A stretch of 64,000 bases of DNA from Acidobacteriota bacterium (GTDB lineage Bacteria > Acidobacteriota > UBA6911 > RPQK01 > G965218465): contig OZ244623.1 of NCBI GenBank assembly GCA_965218465.1, forward strand, positions 2,735,152 through 2,799,151, given 5' to 3'. The translations under genes were made by a program, and so were the position numbers. Below the pieces are notes generated by a model. That model had not been told where the DNA came from and did not search any database. It worked only from the letters and a program-made list of their open reading frames with translations. Shown piece after piece: positions 19,885-30,011 of this stretch. The stretch's first letter is position 1, and each line of letters starts with the position of its first letter.

Positions 19885-20697
19885 TCACTTGGTGAGCCAC
19901 CAGATGAGATGATAGGTTGGTATCCCCCAAAGCATGCTGTCAACCCGGTCCAGTACGCCGCCGTGGCCTGGAATCAAACGTGAGGTGTCTTTGACGCCGG
20001 CTCCTCGCTTGAGAAATGACTCGAAGAGATCGCCCGCCACTGCGGCGGCCCCCAGCGTCAATCCGATCATTAGAGCAGGGAGTGCCGGCCACTGTTGCAG
20101 AAGTAGAGTAGCCAACACCCAGCAAGCGAGGGGGGCTGCCAGCAAGCCGGCCACGTACCCCTCCAGTGTCTTGCTGGGGGAGAGGACGGGAGTAATACGA
20201 TGGCGTCCCATCCACCTGCCCACAAAATAGGCAGCGCTGTCGGCAACCCAGATGACCGTCAGCGCGATAAGCAGGCCGAGCCCCCTGGCGCGATCGTAGC
20301 TTCCCGGTTCGAATTGAGGATGGTGTAAAGCCAGCAGTGAGTAGGGGACTCCCAAATAGAGCAGCGCGGTCAGATTGAAGGCCGCTGTCGGGAAACCTGC
20401 GCGAAGGTCGCTGCTCAGGATGAGGGCGACCAGCAGAACCAGCAGCGCACTAAGCAGCAAGTAGGGAAATACCCAGTCCTGCTGGTAGTACCAGATCCAG
20501 GGAAGGACTCCCGTCAGCAGATAGAGCAGCACCAAGGGTCGGGCCTGATAGGCTGGAAAGAGACGAAAGAATTCCCACAATGTGATCAGTAAGAAAAGAT
20601 CCAGTACCAGCAAAAAGAGCCACACGGGAGCCCATAAGACCAAACCCACGACGAAAGGGATCAACACCAGCGCGGTGGCCACACGTCGAAGGATCAT
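19885..20697 (-). CDS. cdsA: Phosphatidate cytidylyltransferase.
   Basis: It is a polytopic membrane protein with the CdsA C-terminal signature (..GHGGVLDRVDS..). Its position between uppS and dxr supports the call. Confidence 0.85.
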   Translation of the reverse strand: MILRRVATALVLIPFVVGLVLWAPVWLFLLVLDLFLLITLWEFFRLFPAYQARPLVLLYLLTGVLPWIWYYQQDWVFPYLLLSALLVLLVALILSSDLRAGFPTAAFNLTALLYLGVPYSLLALHHPQFEPGSYDRARGLGLLIALTVIWVADSAAYFVGRWMGRHRITPVLSPSKTLEGYVAGLLAAPLACWVLATLLLQQWPALPALMIGLTLGAAAVAGDLFESFLKRGAGVKDTSRLIPGHGGVLDRVDSMLWGIPTYHLIWWLTK

Positions 20698-21491
20698 CAG
20701 AACCCCCGAAGGGCGGCCGATAAGATCCCGCCATAGCGACGTTCCCGTTGTTGGAAAGCTTCCACCGCCTGCAGGAGGTGCCGGCCCCGAAAATCAGGCC
20801 ACAGGATTTCCGTCACGTAGATTTCCGAATAGGCGATCTGCCACAAGAGGAAATTGGACACCCGCATCTCGCCACTAGTGCGGACGAGAAGATCCGGGTC
20901 TGGCAGCCCCCGTGTATAGAGGTGGCGCTCGATGGCGTTGCTGTCGATTTTGCTCGGAGCTTCCTGGCTCAACAGGCGGTTGACGGCATCCACCAGTTCC
21001 AACCGTCCGCTGTAGTTGAGAGCCAAGACCAGCCGCATGCCCGTGTTGTCTTGAGTCTCGGCTCGCACCAACCCGATCTGTTGCTGAACTCTGCTCGGGA
21101 GTTGGCTGGTGCGTCCGATGGTATCAAAAGCAATGTTGTTTTCCTGCAGCGTGTGGAGTTCCTTCTCAAGATATTCCTTGAGCAGGTTCCAGAGCGTGTT
21201 GACTTCCCTTGCCGGCCGCTTCCAATTTTCGGAGGAAAAGGCATAAAGCGTGAGGACCGGAATCCGCAAGCGAGCGGCAAACTCCACCGTGGATTTGACG
21301 GAGCGGATACCAGCGCGGTGGCCTTCGACTCGGGCCAGGTTGCGTTGTCGCGCCCAACGGCCGTTGCCATCCATGATCACCGCAATGTGGCGAGGGATGG
21401 CATGGGGCGAAAGGCGGTCGATCAGCCGCGCTTCCGGGCTGTCGGGTTCCAGGACCCCTTCAAAGCCCTCGAAGAGAGAGTTCATAGCCAA
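20697..21491 (-). CDS. uppS: Isoprenyl transferase / undecaprenyl-diphosphate synthase.
   Basis: It has IPRHIAVIMDGNGRWA plus the conserved UppS C-terminal region. Confidence 0.9.
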   Translation of the reverse strand: MAMNSLFEGFEGVLEPDSPEARLIDRLSPHAIPRHIAVIMDGNGRWARQRNLARVEGHRAGIRSVKSTVEFAARLRIPVLTLYAFSSENWKRPAREVNTLWNLLKEYLEKELHTLQENNIAFDTIGRTSQLPSRVQQQIGLVRAETQDNTGMRLVLALNYSGRLELVDAVNRLLSQEAPSKIDSNAIERHLYTRGLPDPDLLVRTSGEMRVSNFLLWQIAYSEIYVTEILWPDFRGRHLLQAVEAFQQRERRYGGILSAALRGF

Positions 21492-21654
21492 CGGCTAAAT
21501 CTACCACAATCAACAAAGTGGCGAAAAGGTGACGATGGGTGTCGCCAGGACGGTTTTCGGAAACGGAAATCGAGAGGCAAAAGATAGAAGACCTGGCTGG
21601 GTTGCCCCCAAGCAAATGGGAAAATTGGAACCTTTTCACTCGGGATGCCTGGCC

Positions 21655-22491
21655 TCAACTCGTCGCCGGCGACCGGCCGGAGTAATGGACCTTCATCAGA
21701 CAAAGCCCCTGCGGTTGGGCAGTTGGTCCCGCTTTCCGGCGGTCACGCGAAGCCAAGACCTGGGCTATGCAATCGGGCCTTCGCTCCCCCCGACCCACTT
21801 GGAGCAAGGTCCCTACAATGTTGCGCACCATGTGGTGCAGAAAACCGTCACCTTCGACCCAATAGACAAGATGATGGCCGCGACGGGTCAGCTCCGACCT
21901 GAACAGTGTCCGGCGACGATCTTTTACGGAAGTCGTGGAAGCGGCAAAACCACTAAAGTCATGGCGGCCCAACAGTTGAGTCGCTGCCAAATTCATGGCC
22001 GGTTGTTGGAGCCGCCTGGGGTGATGATAAGCCCGTCCAGCCAGAAAGGGGGAAAGCACGGGACCGTCGTAGATATGGTAACGGTAGAGTTTGCTCCGAA
22101 CTTGGCGCTGGGCATGGAAATCGCTCCGGCAGGGGCGCAAACGCATGATCCGGATGTCGCTTGGCAGGCAGGAGTTGAGGGCTAGCCGGAGTCGCCGCGG
22201 TTCCAAGCACTTGTCCAATCTGAAGTGGGCGACCTGAGCTCGTGCGTGGACGCCGCTGTCGGTGCGACCCGAGCCGACTACCGACCTTTCTTCGCGACTG
22301 ATCCGAAAGAGAGCTTCCTGCAGTTTGCCCTGCACCGTGTCCCTGCCCGGCTGTAGCTGCCAGCCGGCATAGCGAGTGCCCAGATACTGGACGACGATGC
22401 GATATTTGGCGGTCCCCGGAGTAGGTTGAGGTGGCCGGTTTGAGGGTATTGGGTAGTTGCGGCGAGGCTCGGGGGGAGAGGAGGATTCCAT
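21655..22491 (-). CDS. truA: tRNA pseudouridine(38-40) synthase TruA.
   Basis: It has ..YRIVVQYLGTRYAGWQ.. GSGRTDSGVHA (catalytic Asp). The start is trimmed to the ATG at 22491. The ORF-track extension to 23265 overlaps yebC on the opposite strand and is rejected. Confidence 0.8.
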   Translation of the reverse strand: MESSSPPEPRRNYPIPSNRPPQPTPGTAKYRIVVQYLGTRYAGWQLQPGRDTVQGKLQEALFRISREERSVVGSGRTDSGVHARAQVAHFRLDKCLEPRRLRLALNSCLPSDIRIMRLRPCRSDFHAQRQVRSKLYRYHIYDGPVLSPFLAGRAYHHPRRLQQPAMNLAATQLLGRHDFSGFAASTTSVKDRRRTLFRSELTRRGHHLVYWVEGDGFLHHMVRNIVGTLLQVGRGERRPDCIAQVLASRDRRKAGPTAQPQGLCLMKVHYSGRSPATS

Positions 22492-22536
22492 GCTAAGATG
22501 AAGGGAATTCTTGCTGTTTCTTGAAGGAGTCAATCT

Positions 22537-23292
22537 ATGTCTGGTCATTCGAAATGGCATTCTATCAAGCATAAGAAAGCGACAGTCGACGCCAAGCGGG
22601 GCAAGATGTTTACCAAGATCATCAGGGAGATTATGGTAGCAGCCCGCCTCGGCGGGGGTGATCCGGAAGCCAACCCTCGCTTGCGCACCGCGGTGCAGGC
22701 TGCCAAGGGCGTCAACATGCCCCAGCAGAATATTCAACGAGCGATCAAGAAAGGGACGGGAGAGCTGCCCGGACAGGCGTATGAGGCAGTCACTTATGAA
22801 GGTTATGGGCCCAGTGGAGTGGCTGTGTTCATCGAGGCTCTGACCGACAACAAGAACCGCACCGTAGCCGAGATCCGTCATCTGTTGTCCAAACACAGCG
22901 GCAATTTGGGTGAGACGGGAAGCGTCAACTGGATGTTCGAACGTAAAGGCTTTATAGCCGTCTCCCGCAGCGCAGTCGAAGAGGACCGCTTGCTGGAAAT
23001 CGCGTTGGAGGCCGGCGCCGAAGATCTCAAGAGCTCGCCCGACCTTTTTGAGGTCTACACTTCCTTCGAGGACCTGGAGAAGGTTCGTCAGGCCTTGGAG
23101 GAGGCCGGAATTGCGATGGAGACGATTGAGCCCACAATGATTCCCACCAGCGAGGTGAAGCTGGAGGGCAAGGCGGCCGCGCGTATGCTCCACCTGATGG
23201 AAGTATTGGACGGGCACGAAGACGTGCGAAACATTTTCGCCAATTTCGCGATTGCAGACTCGCAACTCGAAGCGCTGGCTGATCGGGCGTGA
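22537..23292 (+). CDS. yebC: YebC/PmpR-family DNA-binding transcriptional regulator.
   Basis: It starts MSGHSKWHSIKHKKA..., the hallmark of YebC. It is followed by ruvC, a conserved synteny. Confidence 0.9.
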   Translation: MSGHSKWHSIKHKKATVDAKRGKMFTKIIREIMVAARLGGGDPEANPRLRTAVQAAKGVNMPQQNIQRAIKKGTGELPGQAYEAVTYEGYGPSGVAVFIEALTDNKNRTVAEIRHLLSKHSGNLGETGSVNWMFERKGFIAVSRSAVEEDRLLEIALEAGAEDLKSSPDLFEVYTSFEDLEKVRQALEEAGIAMETIEPTMIPTSEVKLEGKAAARMLHLMEVLDGHEDVRNIFANFAIADSQLEALADRA

Positions 23293-23398
23293 GTTGCACT
23301 CGTGAGGTGACCTCCGTCAGCCCAACCTGCTAGTTTTTGCTTGGCGCCAGCCACTTCATCGCTTCGGTTTGCGCCAGAAAGCTTGTGCAGGTCCAGGC

Positions 23399-23902
23399 AT
23401 GATCGTGGCAGGCATCGATCCCGGCAGCCGACGAACCGGCTTTGGCATTATCGCCGTGGAAGGAAATCGGGTGAGCTGTCTCGAGTACGGAGCCATCAAT
23501 GCGATCCGGAAGCGATCCGATACTTTTCCGCGTCGCCTGCAGCGCATCTACAACCAGCTGAAGACCTGTCTGAACTGCTATTCACCTCAGGCGGTGGCCG
23601 TCGAAGGAGTGTTTCACGCGGTCAACGCCCGAACGGCTTTACAGCTGGGACAGGCTCGCGGTGTTGCCCTGTTGGCGGCTGTCGAATGTGGCGCCGAGCT
23701 TTTCGAGTATTCGCCTTTGCAGGTCAAGAAGGCCGTAGTCGGTTACGGGCGTGCCGAGAAGAGCCAGGTTCAGCTGATGGTGCGCCGGATCCTCAATCTG
23801 AAGAAGGTGCCTGAGCCCCACGACGCTGCTGACGCACTGGCCATCGCGCTTTGTCACGCCTTCAATCGAACACCGACCCCGGCAACAATCCCAAGCCGGT
23901 GA
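23399..23902 (+). CDS. ruvC: Crossover junction endodeoxyribonuclease RuvC.
   Basis: It has MIVAGIDPGSRRTGFGII.. and the conserved RuvC acidic residues. The ORF-track start at 23369 adds 10 non-conserved residues. Confidence 0.85.
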   Translation: MIVAGIDPGSRRTGFGIIAVEGNRVSCLEYGAINAIRKRSDTFPRRLQRIYNQLKTCLNCYSPQAVAVEGVFHAVNARTALQLGQARGVALLAAVECGAELFEYSPLQVKKAVVGYGRAEKSQVQLMVRRILNLKKVPEPHDAADALAIALCHAFNRTPTPATIPSR

Positions 23903-24200
23903 AAATCGTCGGGGGCCGTCAGGGATCGGATTGTCCTGGCTCTCTGTGAGGCGCCGAGGCGCGGTTGCCGTGGCTAGACAATCCCCACGACCCCAACTCG
24001 GCCAGCAGCCAGTTCTTCATTTGTCTCAAGAGGATGAGCGGTTGGGATCGGCCGGCCCGTAAGTTTGCCCTGCGAAAGGTCAGGATCGAACACCGGCCAA
24101 ACGGGGACTCCAACTCCAAATGATGCAAAGCGACCGACCTTTTATGGTTTCTTGAACCGGTCGCCGGAGCCGGCAGCCCTTCGGTGGAGGCTGCCGAAGT

Positions 24201-24779
24201 TCAAGAGGGGTTGAAGCGGCCCACCCGCACGCGAGCGGGGCGCACCAACTCGCCATCCCAGCGGTAACCTCGCTGGATCGTCTCCACGACGACTTGGTCA
24301 GAGCTGGGATCGTCCACTTCGACCATGCCCACTGCTTCAGCTTGATGAGGATCGAAAGGTTTACCCTCAAGATCAAGAGGTTCGATTCCTCGGTGTTGCA
24401 ATTTGCTCAGGAAGAGCTCGAGGTTGAGCCGAACTCCCTCAGCCAAGGCCTTGGAGTTGTTTTGGTCATCTGCCTGTAGCGCCCGCTCCAGATTGTCCAC
24501 CACTTCCAGCAGATCTCTCACCATCTCGAGTTGCTGTTGGCGGTTGCGCCGCTCAATCTCCTTGCGCTGGCGCCGGCGGAAAGCTTCGTTTTCCTTTTCC
24601 AGATCGGCAATCTTCTGCCGCAATCGGCTCTCAGCAAGCTCCGTCCTCGACTTGAGTTCCTCGACAAAGGACGGATAGCGTTGGCCGGGCGCCTGAGCCT
24701 TGTCGACAGCATCCTCATCTTCGACCCAAAACCGCCGGTCGCTTATCTGGAAACTCGGCTTCTGTTTTTGATCTGCCAT
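24201..24779 (-). CDS. grpE: Nucleotide exchange factor GrpE.
   Basis: It has a coiled-coil N-terminal half and a GrpE C-terminal beta-domain (..VGMVEVDDPSSDQVVVETIQRGYRWDGELVRPARV..). Confidence 0.85.
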   Translation of the reverse strand: MADQKQKPSFQISDRRFWVEDEDAVDKAQAPGQRYPSFVEELKSRTELAESRLRQKIADLEKENEAFRRRQRKEIERRNRQQQLEMVRDLLEVVDNLERALQADDQNNSKALAEGVRLNLELFLSKLQHRGIEPLDLEGKPFDPHQAEAVGMVEVDDPSSDQVVVETIQRGYRWDGELVRPARVRVGRFNPS

Positions 24780-24912
24780 GAGTCCCTGTTATTTCTACCC
24801 GCTGCCTTCGGATGGAATGTTCTCGTAAGGAGCCGGCGCTTAACGCAGTCAGTCCGCTTGGACTCCCCTCGCTCCCACGGCGGGCTCTTGGGGATCCAAA
24901 GGGAAATTAAGA

Positions 24913-24933
24913 CTTGAGTCCTAGCCTGTCAAG
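24913..24933 (+). promoter_or_regulatory. HAIR-like inverted repeat (CTTGAGT-N7-TGTCAAG) in the grpE/clpB divergent intergenic region.
   Basis: It resembles the HspR-associated inverted repeat consensus CTTGAGT-N7-ACTCAAG with 5/7 matches in the right arm. It lies about 118 nt upstream of the clpB ATG. Confidence 0.3.
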
Positions 24934-25050
24934 TTTCACGAACCCGAGGGTGGTTTCCGCTTGCAGAGAGTCAGTGTTGATCCTATAGAAAAGACGTGAA
25001 AGCAACGCCTTCGGCCCTGTTACCGAAGGTCGCTGTAGGAGGGTATTACG

Positions 25051-27714
25051 ATGGATATGAACCGGTTGACCGAGAAGAGCCGGGACGCTCTGGCTGGGGC
25101 ACAGCGTCAGGCTATGGGCCTGGAACATCAACTCGTGGATACCGAACATCTTCTGCTGAGTCTGCTGGAACAGAGTGGAGGACTCGCCACTTCGATCCTG
25201 AACAAGGCCGATGTTCCGGTGGGTGAACTGAGATCGGCTCTGGAAAGAGAACTCGAGAGCCGGCCCAAAGTCAGCTCACCCAAGGGCGCCGACTCGGTTT
25301 ATGCCAGTGGACGGTTGAACAGACTGTTGAGTCAGGCCGAGACGGAGGCCCGCCGGCTGAAGGACCAATATCTATCTGTCGAGCATCTATTGCTGGCTAC
25401 CGTGGCGGATGCCGGCAAGGCAGGCGAACTACTGCGTGAGGTTGGTGCAACTCGGGTTGCCATCATGCAAGCTCTCAAGGAGGTCCGAGGAAACCAGACT
25501 GTTACCTCGGCTAATCCTGAGACCACCTATGAGGCCCTGGAACGCTACGGAAGGAATCTGACTGAGCTGGCCCGCCGGGGCAAGTTGGATCCGGTTATCG
25601 GCCGTGACGAGGAGATTCGACGCTTGATGCAGGTGCTTTCCCGTCGCACCAAGAATAATCCGGTTCTCATCGGCCAACCTGGTGTGGGTAAGACCGCAAT
25701 CGTGGAGGGTTTGGGGCAAAGGATCGTGCGGGGGGATGTGCCCGAGGGTTTGCGGGACCGGCGAATCGTCTCTCTCGACATGGGCGCCTTGATTGCAGGA
25801 GCCAAATATCGAGGCGAGTTCGAGGAACGTCTCAAGGCTGTCCTCAAGGAGGTCCAGAGTTCCGAGGGAAGGGTGATTCTCTTCATCGATGAGCTTCACA
25901 CGGTGGTGGGAGCGGGGAGAGTCGAAGGCGCCATGGACGCGGGCAATCTGCTCAAGCCCATGCTGGCCCGGGGGGAGCTTTATTGCATCGGGGCCACCAC
26001 TTTGGACGAGTACCGCAAGCAGATCGAGAAGGATGCCGCTCTAGAACGGCGTTTTCAGCCGGTAGTCGTTGATCAGCCTTCGGTCGCCGACACTATTTCC
26101 ATCCTGCGCGGGTTGAAGGAGCGTTACGAGGTTCACCATGGAGTCAAGATCAAGGACACAGCCCTGGTGTCGGCAGCAGTACTTTCCAACCGTTACATTT
26201 CAGACCGCTTCTTACCCGACAAGGCGATCGACTTGGTCGACGAGGCTGCTGCCAAGCTGCGTACGGAAATGGACTCGATGCCCTCCCAACTGGATGAGAT
26301 TCTACGCCGGGTGATGCAACTGGAAATCGAGAGAGAGGCGCTTCGCAAGGAAAAAGACGAGCGCTCCCGCGCGCGGCTCCAAAAGCTGGAGCAAGATCTG
26401 GTCGACCTGAAAGGCCGGGGAGATGCGCTCAAGGCCCAATGGCAAGCCGAAAAGGATACGGTGCAACGACTTCGAACGCTGCGGAAGCAGATTGAAAGCA
26501 CCAAGATACAGATCGAGCGCGCAGAACGTGACTACGATCTCAATCGGGCCGCCGAACTCAAATATGGCCAACTGACAGAGCTGGAAACTGCCATCAAGAA
26601 AGAGGAGGAGGCACTCAGCCGGAAACAGGATCAGACACAGCTTCTCAAGGAAGAGGTCAGCGAAGAAGATATCGCTGATGTCGTCAGCCGGTGGACCGGA
26701 GTTCCAGTCTCCCGCTTGTTGGAGGGTGAGATGGAAAAGCTGGCTCATTTGGGCGAGTACCTTCACCAGCGAGTAGTGGGTCAAAATCAGGCGGTTGAGG
26801 CAGTCTGTAACGCGGTTGTGCGGGCGCGGGCTGGGCTCAAGGACCCGGAGCATCCCATCGGCAGTTTTATCTTTTTGGGCCCTACGGGAGTAGGCAAGAC
26901 CGAATTGGGACGGGCTTTGGCCGAGACACTGTTTGATGATGCGCGGGCCTTGGTTCGGATCGATATGTCTGAATATCAAGAACGGCACACGGTGGCCCGG
27001 CTGGTGGGAGCACCTCCCGGTTACGTCGGTTATGACGAAGGCGGGCAGCTGACCGAAGCTGTTCGCCGCCGCCCTTACTCGGTGATTCTGTTTGACGAGA
27101 TTGAAAAGGCGCACTTCGACGTCTTCAACACCCTGCTCCAAGTGCTCGACGATGGACGTTTAACCGACGGTCAGGGGCGAACGGTTGACTTCAAGAACAC
27201 CATCATCATTATGACTTCCAATATCGGGAGCCTACAGATTCTGGAACATGGTGGGGCTTTTGAAGGAGACACGTATGAGCAGATGAAGAAGGCCGTTCTG
27301 GAGGGATTACACCGCCATTTCCGACCGGAGTTTCTCAATCGAATCGATGAGACGATCGTCTTCCATGCGCTTTCCGAAAAACACTTGGAGCAAATCGTTG
27401 AGATTCAACTGGAGGGCTTGAGGCAGCGTCTGTCGGAGCAGGGAATGAGTATTGACCTGACCGGGGGGGCGCGACGTCACGTCGTTGAGATTGGCTACGA
27501 TCCGAGTTACGGAGCCCGGCCCCTGAAGAGAGCCCTGCAAAAGGAAATCGAGAATCGATTAGGTCGGCTAATTGTGACCGGGGAGTTGCGTGAAGGCCAG
27601 CATGTGATGGTGGATTGGAATGCCACCAAGGGGCGGTTGAATTTCAAGGTGGCCCCAGTGGCAGTCCACGCCGCCTCGATGCCTGGGAGTCCGTTGCGGT
27701 TGGTGAAAGAGTAA
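25051..27714 (+). CDS. clpB: ATP-dependent chaperone ClpB.
   Basis: The 887-aa ORF has two AAA+ modules (GQPGVGKT.., GPTGVGKTE..), a middle coiled-coil and the ClpB N-domain. Confidence 0.95.
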   Translation: MDMNRLTEKSRDALAGAQRQAMGLEHQLVDTEHLLLSLLEQSGGLATSILNKADVPVGELRSALERELESRPKVSSPKGADSVYASGRLNRLLSQAETEARRLKDQYLSVEHLLLATVADAGKAGELLREVGATRVAIMQALKEVRGNQTVTSANPETTYEALERYGRNLTELARRGKLDPVIGRDEEIRRLMQVLSRRTKNNPVLIGQPGVGKTAIVEGLGQRIVRGDVPEGLRDRRIVSLDMGALIAGAKYRGEFEERLKAVLKEVQSSEGRVILFIDELHTVVGAGRVEGAMDAGNLLKPMLARGELYCIGATTLDEYRKQIEKDAALERRFQPVVVDQPSVADTISILRGLKERYEVHHGVKIKDTALVSAAVLSNRYISDRFLPDKAIDLVDEAAAKLRTEMDSMPSQLDEILRRVMQLEIEREALRKEKDERSRARLQKLEQDLVDLKGRGDALKAQWQAEKDTVQRLRTLRKQIESTKIQIERAERDYDLNRAAELKYGQLTELETAIKKEEEALSRKQDQTQLLKEEVSEEDIADVVSRWTGVPVSRLLEGEMEKLAHLGEYLHQRVVGQNQAVEAVCNAVVRARAGLKDPEHPIGSFIFLGPTGVGKTELGRALAETLFDDARALVRIDMSEYQERHTVARLVGAPPGYVGYDEGGQLTEAVRRRPYSVILFDEIEKAHFDVFNTLLQVLDDGRLTDGQGRTVDFKNTIIIMTSNIGSLQILEHGGAFEGDTYEQMKKAVLEGLHRHFRPEFLNRIDETIVFHALSEKHLEQIVEIQLEGLRQRLSEQGMSIDLTGGARRHVVEIGYDPSYGARPLKRALQKEIENRLGRLIVTGELREGQHVMVDWNATKGRLNFKVAPVAVHAASMPGSPLRLVKE

Positions 27715-27746
27715 CCTGAGCTAGCTCTACCACACCAGAGGACGAC

Positions 27747-29438
27747 CTACTCTCCACCAGGAATCAACAAGATCTGCCCCGGGAAAATGCGGTTGGCGTT
27801 GCGGAGCCGGTTCAGTCGCTGGATTTTGGCGATCGAGGTGTTGAAGCGGCGGGCGATCCATTGCAATGTGTCACCTATACGGACTCGGTAGCGGGTGGGA
27901 AGGGATCCGTTGCTGGGGACCTTCAGCTCGCGCCCCACAACAATGTGGTCGGTGTTGGAAATGGAGTTGTGTTCACGTAGCCGCTTGACTGACGTCTTAT
28001 AGCGTGAGGCGATCGACGACAAGGTTTCTCCGGGTTGAATCCGATGAGTGATCAGTTGTTCTGCCTGGCGAGCTGAGGCGATTTCCAGAATTTGACCGGC
28101 ATAGATCAAGTCCGGTCGCGGCAATTGATTGACCAATTGGATCCGCCGCGCGGAGGTGCCGAAGCGACTCGCGATTTCACTCAAGGTGTCTCCCCGACGC
28201 ACTCTGTAGGTCCCGGGACCCGGCGCGACTTTGCGAGGCACGACGGCCTTGAGCAGCGGCAAACCCGCCACCAGTTGGTTGGCTGCTTGGGCTGGCAGCC
28301 GCAGCTCGATCCTCGGCGGCAGAACGCCGTAGCGCCAAACACCCGTCCTCAGGAAGGGATTGTGGGTCTTGACCCAGGCGAGACCTGCATTGGCCGTTGC
28401 CAGCAGATCCTTGACCCGGTAGGACTTATGTAGTTCGACGGTGGAAAACCGCCAGGGTGGGTCGGTTTGCAGGTTTGGGAAATAGCGGTGGCTGTTGCGG
28501 GCCACCAAGACTGCCGCCAGGAATTCAGGGTAAAAGTTTCGGCCGCTGAACCCGAAGGTCCTGGAGCGGTGGTTGGAGACGATGCGGTGGAGTTCGGGTC
28601 CCCACCGCTTTCGAGCCCGCAGCATTGCATTGAGACCCTGATTGTAGGCAGTGATTGCCAGCGGCCAGTTTCCCAGTTTCTCATAATTGTATCGCAGTAA
28701 CTTGGCAGCGGCGCGAGACGCATAGAGTGGGTCAAGCCGTTGATCTTGAGTGCGATTGATTGTCAGGTAGATCCTGCCCGTTCCGCGGATAAATTGCCAC
28801 AGACCCACTGCACCCGCTTTGGAGCGGGCCTTTGAATTAAATGATGATTCGACGTGAGGTAGCATTGTCAGTTCCATCGGTAGACCGAACTCCCGAAACA
28901 TGGGCTCGATGTGCTCGAGGAACTGGCCCGAGCGGACTATACCCGCCTCGAATTTCTCCCTGACCCCTCGTTGCATCCGGATGTCTCTTTGGAGACGAGC
29001 GTAGAACCGGCGTGAAGGCTTGTATCCCAGCGATCGCAACAGTTTGGCCAGACGTCGTGAATCCTGGGTCAGGTCTTTCTCTGAACGGGCGGTTGCCATG
29101 GTTCTTAGCTGGCGGACCAGCTTTAGCCGGTAGCGTTTGAGTTGGCGCCTCTGACGGGCCGCCTCGCGAGCATTCTTGTGTGGGTCCCGTTCGAAACTGA
29201 CGACCTTGTAAATTATCCTCAAATCTCGGCTATCGTGAAATATGACTTGGCGTCGACTGTAGCGGGCAAATACTTCCTTCCAGAACTCGATTTCCGATTC
29301 AAACTCCTGGAAGGGGAAGTGGTGAGCCACACTCTTCAACTCGAAGTCTCGGGCCCACGAGGCAGTCATCGCCAAACTAGTCGAAAGCAGTACCAGGAGG
29401 GTCCGACCAAGGACCCGCCTGAGGGGATTTGGTGTCAA
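27747..29438 (-). CDS. Membrane-bound lytic murein transglycosylase (MltD-like) with three C-terminal LysM repeats.
   Basis: It has a signal peptide, an SLT catalytic domain (..AKSKAGAVGLWQF..) and three LysM units (YRVRRGDTLSEIASRFG, HRIQPGETLSSIASRYK, YRVRIGDTLQWIARRFN). The start codon overlaps the stop of the upstream CMD gene. Confidence 0.8.
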   Translation of the reverse strand: MTPNPLRRVLGRTLLVLLSTSLAMTASWARDFELKSVAHHFPFQEFESEIEFWKEVFARYSRRQVIFHDSRDLRIIYKVVSFERDPHKNAREAARQRRQLKRYRLKLVRQLRTMATARSEKDLTQDSRRLAKLLRSLGYKPSRRFYARLQRDIRMQRGVREKFEAGIVRSGQFLEHIEPMFREFGLPMELTMLPHVESSFNSKARSKAGAVGLWQFIRGTGRIYLTINRTQDQRLDPLYASRAAAKLLRYNYEKLGNWPLAITAYNQGLNAMLRARKRWGPELHRIVSNHRSRTFGFSGRNFYPEFLAAVLVARNSHRYFPNLQTDPPWRFSTVELHKSYRVKDLLATANAGLAWVKTHNPFLRTGVWRYGVLPPRIELRLPAQAANQLVAGLPLLKAVVPRKVAPGPGTYRVRRGDTLSEIASRFGTSARRIQLVNQLPRPDLIYAGQILEIASARQAEQLITHRIQPGETLSSIASRYKTSVKRLREHNSISNTDHIVVGRELKVPSNGSLPTRYRVRIGDTLQWIARRFNTSIAKIQRLNRLRNANRIFPGQILLIPGGE

Positions 29439-30010
29439 CTTTGAACTCCCAAAGCCGAGGACTCCGAATCAACCGACTCGGGTTCGGGGTCGATTCCCAG
29501 AGCGTCAGCCACCCGGTTGATGTAATTGAAAAATCCGATGATATGAACGATCTCCAGAATAGCCTTCTCGTTGAAACCAAACGAACGCAGGCGCTCCAAC
29601 TGATCGCGACTCACTCGATCAGGCTTAACGGTGAGATCGTAAGCATAGTCAAGCAACGCTCGTTCGGCGGGGGCAAGTGAGGCGGTCCGATAGTCATTCT
29701 TAAGTGCCTCCACCAATTCCCGGTCTTGAGTTTCAGCATGGAGATCCTCTCCATGAGCTATCGTTCAATAAAAGCAGCTATTGGCCCTTGACACCACCAC
29801 CGCCAGCATCTCCCGTTGTGCCCGGGTGAGTGATCCAGGCCCATGCATCAAGGTGGTATAGAACGCCATCGAGTCACGAATGTATTCGGGCCGCTGGCTT
29901 GAGATGCTGACAATGTTGAAAATCTTCCCCGCCCGCTGAAGGGCGGCATCGTATTGTTCCCGCAGCAGTCCCCGGGCTCGCTGCAAGCAAATGGTGCGGA
30001 TCCAAGCCAT
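29435..30010 (-). CDS. Carboxymuconolactone-decarboxylase (CMD)/AhpD-family peroxidase-related enzyme with an in-frame UGA. It is a candidate selenoprotein, with Sec in an N-x-C-x-Y-U-x-x-x-H motif.
   Basis: ORFs 29765..30316 and 29435..29716 are in the same frame and separated only by TGA at 29767..29765. The read-through product ..REMLAVVVSRANSCFY-U-TIAHGEDLHAE..LLDYAYDLT.. matches the CMD family motif with the second Cys replaced. The start is the ATG at 30010 (GGAAGG 8 nt upstream). A hairpin lies 9 nt after the UGA. Confidence 0.6.
29737..29755 (-). promoter_or_regulatory. SECIS-like stem-loop immediately downstream of the in-frame UGA.
   Basis: The mRNA has CAUGGAG-AGGAU-CUCCAUG: a 7-bp perfect stem (8 bp with the inner A:U pair) and a 5-nt apical loop containing GG. 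The loop starts about 20 nt from the U of UGA, within the range of bacterial SECIS elements. Confidence 0.5.
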
Positions 30011-30011
30011 C

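Noticed and set aside
21655-23265. A 536-aa extended TruA ORF, and a 218-aa plus ORF 21529..22185.
   Set aside because: The N-terminal 258 residues of the long ORF overlap YebC (a textbook sequence) on the other strand, and the TruA homology starts at AKYRIVVQY. The start was trimmed to the ATG at 22491. The plus-strand ORF is antisense to truA.
24780-25050. A CIRCE (HrcA) element or sigma32 promoter upstream of grpE/clpB.
   Set aside because: No TTAGCACTC-N9-GAGTGCTAA-like sequence and no convincing CTTGAAA/CCCCATNT pair is present. Only the HAIR-like repeat was found.
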